A DNA stretch of 32,000 bases. Origin: Corynebacterium amycolatum. Lineage in GTDB: Bacteria > Actinomycetota > Actinomycetes > Mycobacteriales > Mycobacteriaceae. The notes beneath the pieces were generated by a model. It did no database searches, was not told where the DNA came from, and saw only the letters and a program-made list of their open reading frames with translations. The position numbers and the translations under genes were made by a program. Of this stretch, positions 27,378 to 32,000 are shown in pieces; positions within the stretch are counted from its first letter, which is position 1, and each line of letters begins with the position of its first letter. The stretch lies in NCBI RefSeq assembly GCF_049243625.1, contig NZ_CP046975.1. One strand, 5' to 3'.

Positions 27378-27454
27378 TGGCGACCCTGACGGGACTTGAA
27401 CCCGCGACCTCCGCCGTGACAGGGCGGCGCGCTAACCAACTGCGCCACAGGGCC
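27378..27454 (-). tRNA. tRNA-Asp (anticodon GTC), copy 1, CCA encoded
   Basis: The reverse complement is GGCCCTGTGGCGCAGTTGGTTAGCGCGCCGCCCTGTCACGGCGGAGGTCGCGGGTTCAAGTCCCGTCAGGGTCGCCA. The anticodon loop is CTGTCAC. Confidence 0.95.
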
Positions 27455-27703
27455 TTAAATGCTGTGCTCATCTTTCTGGATTACCAGCGCTGCGCACGAG
27501 TTGTTACTCTACAGAACAGCGCTAAACATAAGCAAATCGCCAGTTCATAGCAGATATTTTAAGTTGAAAACTGACATCTGGCCCCGGGGCTCGGGGCAAC
27601 CTAGACTGTGGCACCCCGGTGGCAGCGACGGGTTAACAGACAAAAGTATGTCCGCTCAGTATGTCGCCGGGTGGACGCTTTTTGCCACTTAGCTCTTAAT
27701 GCG

Positions 27704-27763
27704 AGTTACTGACTGCGTTTATGTCAAAAATGGCCCGAAAAATGGCCTGGAAGTGTCATAAAC
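27704..27763 (-). repeat. 60-nt conserved-arm / variable-core element, copy B
   Basis: The minus strand reads GTTTATGACACTT, then a 24-nt core, then TGACATAAAC-GC-AGTCAGTAACT. It matches 31440-31499 in 34 of the 36 arm positions, with an identical core length. The core here holds two AAAAATGGCC direct repeats (27726-27735 and 27738-27747 on the + strand). Confidence 0.7.
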
Positions 27764-27942
27764 TCGCACAGTTTCACATTTGCAGCCCACATTCGCTTGT
27801 GCAGCCCGCAATCTTTCGGACTGTCAGTTTTGCTACTTGACCCCGGGTTGTGGAGCTGCCGCAGTTGGGGGGGCAGTCACTATCTTGAGAATCAAACACA
27901 CTTTTTGCCCCCCCACACATACCGACGCCCAGCGCACCACTA

Positions 27943-27984
27943 ACCAAAAGCAAAAAACACCAGCTCCAACCGGAACTGGTGTTT
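27943..27984 (-). terminator. Intrinsic terminator after tRNA-Glu/tRNA-Asp copy 2
   Basis: The stem is AAACACCAG (27955-27963) / CTGGTGTTT (27976-27984). On the minus strand it is followed by TTTTTTGCTTTTGG. It starts 8 nt downstream of tRNA-Asp copy 2. Confidence 0.7.
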
Positions 27985-27991
27985 AGAATTG

Positions 27992-28065
27992 CGACCCTGA
28001 CGGGACTTGAACCCGCGACCTCCGCCGTGACAGGGCGGCGCGCTAACCAACTGCGCCACAGGGCC
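27992..28065 (-). tRNA. tRNA-Asp (anticodon GTC), copy 2, CCA not encoded
   Basis: The 75 nt at 27991-28065 are identical to 27380-27454. Confidence 0.95.
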
Positions 28066-28079
28066 ATCATGATTTTTAG

Positions 28080-28155
28080 TGGTACTCCCAACGGGATTCG
28101 AACCCGTGTTGCCGCCGTGAAAGGGCGGAGTCCTAGGCCTCTAGACGATGGGAGC
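28080..28155 (-). tRNA. tRNA-Glu (anticodon TTC), CCA encoded
   Basis: The reverse complement is GCTCCCATCGTCTAGAGGCCTAGGACTCCGCCCTTTCACGGCGGCAACACGGGTTCGAATCCCGTTGGGAGTACCA. The anticodon loop is CTTTCAC. Confidence 0.95.
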
Positions 28156-28355
28156 CCGACTTGACGCTGCAAAGAGCTGGCCACTCAATGACACATTCCG
28201 CGTACTTCTGCAGTGCATGAACACTGTATTTGCGCGCGCTCTTGGCAACGTAAAGAACTATAGAGGATAAGTACCCTTTTCCCAAAATCCACAGCTGAAC
28301 TGGAATTTCTTACTATTTACGAAAGCACTATTAGCGCTCCGATAAGCTCGTCACT

Positions 28356-28886
28356 ATGGCAACTCCGGATTTCATTGTTCAGCTCCGCGAAAAAATAGGC
28401 CACGCTCCGCTATGGCTCCCCGGTGTCACAGCTGTCGTCATTCGCGATGTTCCGCCGAATGCACCGATGTACGCCCTGCCTGAGGTATTGCTGGTTCGCC
28501 GCTCCGATAATGGGGAATGGACTCCAGTTACCGGAATCATCGACCCAAACGAGCAGCCTCACGACGCCGCCGTGCGGGAGGTAAAGGAAGAAACTGGACT
28601 CGATGTCACAGTCGAGGCCCTGCTCGGCACCGGCGCCGTCGGCCCTGTCGAATACCCCAATGGCGATGTCACCTCTTACGTGGATATCGCCATGCGCTGC
28701 AGTGTTGTTGGCGACGACGTCCCCCATGTCGCTGACGACGAATCGACCGAAGTCGGATGGTTTCAGATCTCACAGATGCCACCTATGAAGCCACGCTTCC
28801 GTCTAATAGTCGCCGATGCTGTCGCGCAGCTCAAGCACCCCGCGGGCTTCAAGCCGCGAATGGGTTACCACAAGCGGGAGAAGTAG
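28356..28886 (+). CDS. NUDIX hydrolase
   Basis: The Nudix box is present: GIIDPNEQPHDAAVREVKEETGLDV (G-x5-E-x7-REVxEExGL). Confidence 0.85.
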   Translation: MATPDFIVQLREKIGHAPLWLPGVTAVVIRDVPPNAPMYALPEVLLVRRSDNGEWTPVTGIIDPNEQPHDAAVREVKEETGLDVTVEALLGTGAVGPVEYPNGDVTSYVDIAMRCSVVGDDVPHVADDESTEVGWFQISQMPPMKPRFRLIVADAVAQLKHPAGFKPRMGYHKREK

Positions 28887-28920
28887 CTGCCGCGAAAGGG
28901 CAAAACAGGCAAGATACGAC

Positions 28921-28952
28921 AAAACCCCAGGTTACTAATGACCTGGGGTTTT
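28921..28952. terminator. Bidirectional intrinsic terminator shared by the NUDIX gene and tRNA-Lys
   Basis: AAAACCCCAGGT-tactaatg-ACCTGGGGTTTT forms a 10-bp stem with A and T tracts on either side. Confidence 0.8.
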
Positions 28953-28961
28953 GCGTGCTTG

Positions 28962-29034
28962 TGGGCCCTGCGGGGCTCGAACCCGCGACCTGCGGATTAA
29001 AAGTCCGTAGCTCTACCAACTGAGCTAAAGGCCC
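28962..29034 (-). tRNA. tRNA-Lys (anticodon TTT)
   Basis: The reverse complement is GGGCCTTTAGCTCAGTTGGTAGAGCTACGGACTTTTAATCCGCAGGTCGCGGGTTCGAGCCCCGCAGGGCCCA. The anticodon loop is CTTTTAA. Confidence 0.93.
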
Positions 29035-29208
29035 GCGCAAGAAAATAGCCTAGCAATTGCGCGCCAACTTTTAATAATCACCCCACACTTGCGATGGAAC
29101 TACTGAAACACTCGTGGGATAAATGAGCGCAGTCAAACGCACGACCAATCCAACCGGCCGACCAAAACAGATTCGAAAACGGCAGTTCAGCGTGACACAA
29201 TACTGTAC

Positions 29209-30429
29209 GTGTTAGATACCTCCACGAGTCCACTCAGCGCCGCCAAGCCCGCCGATGCCACGTCCGCGCACATGCACATCGGCCCCTTTGAGCTCGCCTC
29301 CCCCGTGGTACTCGCTCCGATGGCCGGTGTCACCAACGTGGCATTCCGCACGCTGTGCCGCGAGCAGGAGCTGCAGCGTACAGGCACGGTCTCCGGCCTC
29401 TATGTCTGCGAGATGGTCACCGCGCGAGCACTGGTCGAGCGCAACGAGAAGACCATGCACATGACCACCTTCGCGCCCAACGAAAACCCGCGCAGCCTGC
29501 AGCTCTACACCACTGACCCAAAGTGGACCTACGAGGCCGCGAAGATGATCGTCGACGAAAACCTCGCCGACCACATCGATATGAACTTCGGCTGCCCGGT
29601 ACCTAAGGTTACCCGCAAGGGCGGCGGTTCAGCACTGCCGTATAAGCGCCGCCTCTTCGGCAACATCGTCGCCGCTGCTGTCAGGGCCACGGAGGGCACC
29701 GACATTCCGGTGACCGTGAAATTCCGCGTCGGTATCGACGACGAGCACCACACGCATCTCGATGCCGGCCGCATCGCCGCCGAGATGGGTGCCCAGGCTG
29801 TGGCTCTGCACGCCCGCACCGCGGCGCAGCGCTACTCCGGTCACGCCGACTGGTCGCAAATCGAGCGATTGAAGGAGCACATGGTCGACTCCGGCTTCAG
29901 CAATATCCCGGTGCTTGGCAACGGCGACATCTTCGCCTCTACCGATGCCCGCAAAATGCTCGACGAGACCGGCTGCGACGGTGTCGTCGTCGGTCGTGGC
30001 TGCCTTGGTCGCCCGTGGCTATTCGCGCAGTTGTCCGCCGAGCTGCGTGGCAAAGAAGTGCCGCCGGCACCAACATTTGGTGAGGTCGCGGGGATTATCC
30101 GTCGTCACGCGGAACTACTCGTGGAGCACGAGGGCGAGCGTAAGGGTTGCCGCGACCTGCGCAAGCACATCGCCTGGTACCTGCGGGGATACCCGGCAGG
30201 CGGCGAGGTGCGCAAGTCTCTCGCACGCGTCGATTCGCTGGCAACGCTCGACGAGATTCTCACGCCGCTTTACGACGGCCCCAGCGCCCACGCCCGCCCG
30301 GAGGACGCCGACGGCGCCCGCGGCCGACAGGGATCCCCTGCAAAGGTGGTCTTGCCGGAGGGCTGGCTGGACGACCCGGAGGACGACACCGTGCCTGAAG
30401 GCGCGGAGATTATGCACTCCGGTGGCTAA
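29209..30429 (+). CDS. dus: tRNA-dihydrouridine synthase (Dus family)
   Basis: LAPMAGVTNVAFR and DMNFGCPVPKVTRKGGGSAL (catalytic Cys) are present, along with the GNGDI and VVVGRG TIM-barrel motifs. The start is uncertain: GTG 29209 or ATG 29272. Confidence 0.85.
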   Translation: MLDTSTSPLSAAKPADATSAHMHIGPFELASPVVLAPMAGVTNVAFRTLCREQELQRTGTVSGLYVCEMVTARALVERNEKTMHMTTFAPNENPRSLQLYTTDPKWTYEAAKMIVDENLADHIDMNFGCPVPKVTRKGGGSALPYKRRLFGNIVAAAVRATEGTDIPVTVKFRVGIDDEHHTHLDAGRIAAEMGAQAVALHARTAAQRYSGHADWSQIERLKEHMVDSGFSNIPVLGNGDIFASTDARKMLDETGCDGVVVGRGCLGRPWLFAQLSAELRGKEVPPAPTFGEVAGIIRRHAELLVEHEGERKGCRDLRKHIAWYLRGYPAGGEVRKSLARVDSLATLDEILTPLYDGPSAHARPEDADGARGRQGSPAKVVLPEGWLDDPEDDTVPEGAEIMHSGG

Positions 30430-30519
30430 GCTTCGGTTCTGAGCGAGTGTTTACATAACTTTACGAGGGGTAATTGGGGGCTCCCCACTAACGCGCGACC
30501 TTGTTGAGGATTGCCTACT

Positions 30520-31257
30520 ATGGAACGCATGCGCACTGTCTACCGAGAACAAATGGACAACTTGGCCCACAGTCTGATTGTGATGTGTGACCGAGTTGGA
30601 TCCATGCACAAGCTTGCGAACAAGGCCCTCTTTGAGGCTGATTTAGTCTCGGCTGAAACCGTTCTTTCCCAGATTGATTCTCTCGAGGACCTGCGCCAGG
30701 ATGCGGAGCAGCGAGCCTTTGAACTGTTGGCACGCGAAGCTCCTGTAGCTGGTGACCTCCGGCAGATTGTCAGTGGTCTCTACATTGTCGAAGACATCTC
30801 CCGCATGGGCGCGTTGAGTGTGCATATTGCCAACGTTGCCCGGCGTCGCCACCCGAACAAGGCACTGCCGGAGCCCGTGGAGGGATTCTTCCGCGAGATG
30901 GCCGCGGTATCTGAGCAGATGACGCACGAAACCCGTCAGGTACTCATCGACTACAACGTTGACCAGGCATTGGCCTTAGATAAGACCGATGACAGCATCG
31001 ACGACATCCATCAGCACCTGTTTACGCTGACCAACGACGATAATTGGCCACACACCCCCGCGCAGACGGTGGATGTCACCCTGCTGAGTCGCTTCTACGA
31101 GCGCTACGCGGATCACGCCGTCGAGGTTGCGGCCCGGATTGTTTACCTGGCCACCGGTTACAAGCGCGATGTCTACCTGGACAAGCTTGAGGACGAGCGC
31201 GACCAGCGCAGCTTTAACCAACGCCTGCAGGCCTTGGAGCGTCACCTGCGGATGTAG
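30520..31257 (+). CDS. phoU: Phosphate-signalling regulator PhoU
   Basis: Two PhoU repeats carry acidic metal-binding motifs (DDSIDDIH, ERYADHAVE). GAGGA lies 9 nt upstream of ATG 30520. The track ORF starts at TTG 30511. Confidence 0.85.
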   Translation: MERMRTVYREQMDNLAHSLIVMCDRVGSMHKLANKALFEADLVSAETVLSQIDSLEDLRQDAEQRAFELLAREAPVAGDLRQIVSGLYIVEDISRMGALSVHIANVARRRHPNKALPEPVEGFFREMAAVSEQMTHETRQVLIDYNVDQALALDKTDDSIDDIHQHLFTLTNDDNWPHTPAQTVDVTLLSRFYERYADHAVEVAARIVYLATGYKRDVYLDKLEDERDQRSFNQRLQALERHLRM

Positions 31258-31276
31258 GTTCGTGAAGTTGCAGGCT

Positions 31277-31346
31277 GCTGGGGTGAGTGTTGGGTTGCTC
31301 AGGAGGGCTGGGTGTTGTGCTGCTGAGCTGGGTGTTGGACTGCTCG
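31277..31346 (+). repeat. G/T-rich tandem repeats just after the phoU stop
   Basis: GCTGGGTGTTGTGCTGCTGA (31307-31326) and GCTGGGTGTTGGACTGCTCG (31327-31346) match at 16 of 20 positions. A degenerate 30-nt copy, GCTGGGGTGAGTGTTGGGTTGCTCAGGAGG (31277-31306), precedes them. Confidence 0.7.
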
Positions 31347-31439
31347 GCGGGTTTCAGGCCGGAGTGGAGCCGTTTTTAAGTCACACCAGGCTAAACACCG
31401 CCCCAGCCAAACACCGCCCCACCCCGAGAAAGTGACTAG

Positions 31440-31499
31440 GTTTATGACACTTTACTGCGAGTAAACGTTATTCATCTGACATAAACCTAGTCAGTAACT
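31440..31499 (+). repeat. 60-nt conserved-arm / variable-core element, copy A
   Basis: GTTTATGACACTT (31440-31452), a 24-nt core, then TGACATAAAC-CT-AGTCAGTAACT (31477-31499). It is embedded in a 17-bp inverted repeat, TGACTAGGTTTATGACA (31433-31449) / TGACATAAACCTAGTCA (31477-31493), with one mismatch. Confidence 0.7.
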
Positions 31500-31612
31500 G
31501 TTTGATCCCGCCACAAAAACTGTGTGCCCCGGCACAAAACACCTCCGCGGTTAGACAATCGGGTGGCAAAACATGTGCTCGACATAGCAATCTCATAAAC
31601 CGCAACAACAAA

Positions 31613-31668
31613 AAGAGCCCCGTACCTCACGCGTGTGCACGCGAGGTACGGGGCTCTTGCTTTTTGAT
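31613..31668. terminator. Bidirectional intrinsic terminator (pstB side strongest)
   Basis: The hairpin is long: AAGAGCCCCGTACCTCACGCGTG / CACGCGAGGTACGGGGCTCTT. T tracts flank it on both strands (TGCTTTTTGATTATTTT on +, TTTTTGTTGTT on -). It lies 40 nt downstream of the pstB stop. Confidence 0.85.
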
Positions 31669-31699
31669 TATTTTGGCTATTAAGGCATACGCAAAGCGT

Positions 31700-32000
31700 T
31701 TAGCCGAAGCGACCGGAGATGTAGTCCTCGGTTTCCTTCTTGTCCGGATTCTCGAAGATCTTCTTGGTCGGGCCAACCTCGACCAGGCGACCCGGCTTAC
31801 CGGTTGCCTCGAGGGAGAAGAATGCGGTCTGATCGGACACACGAGCTGCCTGCTGCATGTTGTGGGTCACGATGACGATGGTGAATTCTTCCTTCAGCTC
31901 GTGAATCAGGTCCTCGATTGCCAGGGTGGAAATCGGGTCCAGTGCGGAACACGGCTCGTCCATCAGCAGAACTTCCGGCTCAACTGCAATTGCGCGTGCG
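31700..32000 (-). CDS. pstB: Phosphate ABC transporter ATP-binding protein PstB, C-terminal part (the 5' end lies outside the window)
   Basis: The frame is open to the window edge and reads [22 protein letters not shown] (Walker B), then [13 protein letters not shown] (H-loop), and ends with the typical PstB C-terminus YISGRFG. Confidence 0.93.
   Translation of the reverse strand, partial: ARAIAVEPEVLLMDEPCSALDPISTLAIEDLIHELKEEFTIVIVTHNMQQAARVSDQTAFFSLEATGKPGRLVEVGPTKKIFENPDKKETEDYISGRFG

Noticed and set aside
27128-27448. N-terminal 107 aa of track ORF 26672-27448, and the whole of ORF 27774-28184
   Set aside because: Both read straight through the tRNA-Phe/Asp or tRNA-Asp/Glu genes. Only the 26672-27127 part of the first ORF has an RBS and coding-like composition.
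27860-27920. C7 and G7 tracts as a 6C-type small RNA
   Set aside because: In the actinobacterial 6C RNA family, the C-runs sit in hairpin loops. Here the G7 and C7 tracts pair with each other to form the stem, and the genomic context differs from what I recall for 6C.
27378-28065. tRNA-Asp duplication read as attL/attR of an integrated phage or ICE
   Set aside because: Both copies are complete tRNA genes rather than a full gene plus a 3' fragment. Only 537 bp lies between them, with no integrase or other gene. A decayed remnant cannot be fully excluded.
31277-31421. Tandem and direct repeats as a mini-CRISPR array
   Set aside because: The units are 13-20 nt, degenerate and directly abutting, with no unique spacers. 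No cas genes or leader are nearby.

Overview
This is a high-GC actinobacterial chromosome segment. Gene content and order look like Corynebacterium: murA-rrn linkage, pduO, ramA, cysK-cysE, a tRNA Glu/Asp/Phe cluster, and phoU/pstB. No database search was possible, so every call rests on motifs, ORF structure and remembered family features.

Left to right:
- The 3' part of a helicase-associated gene, then an XPB/ERCC3-type helicase.
- A two-TM membrane protein and an alpha/beta hydrolase.
- Two complete rrn operons (16S-23S-5S, minus strand) in direct tandem. The 5.76 kb repeats are identical wherever I compared them, except for one structure-preserving 23S hairpin variant. A 1.1 kb unique spacer separates them.
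- murA (Asp at the fosfomycin-target position), a PduO-type adenosyltransferase and ramA.
- A cbiMNQO cobalt-uptake operon led by a cobalamin riboswitch.
- cysK (with a McbR-like operator upstream) and cysE.
- A small GNAT gene, a hypothetical gene, and tRNA genes Phe, Asp, Asp, Glu and Lys.
- A NUDIX hydrolase, a tRNA-dihydrouridine synthase, phoU and the 3' part of pstB.

I saw no mobile element, CRISPR array or defence system. The most interesting signals are non-coding:
1. A second, apparently intact cobalamin riboswitch has no downstream gene and points antisense into the 3' end of cbiO.
2. A 60-nt element with conserved arms and a variable 24-nt core occurs in two unrelated intergenic regions.
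3. An exact tRNA-Asp duplication brackets a structured 537-bp spacer.
4. The phoU/pstB convergent intergenic region is rich in repeats.
5. The rrn identity tract ends sharply at the predicted start site of a near-consensus promoter.
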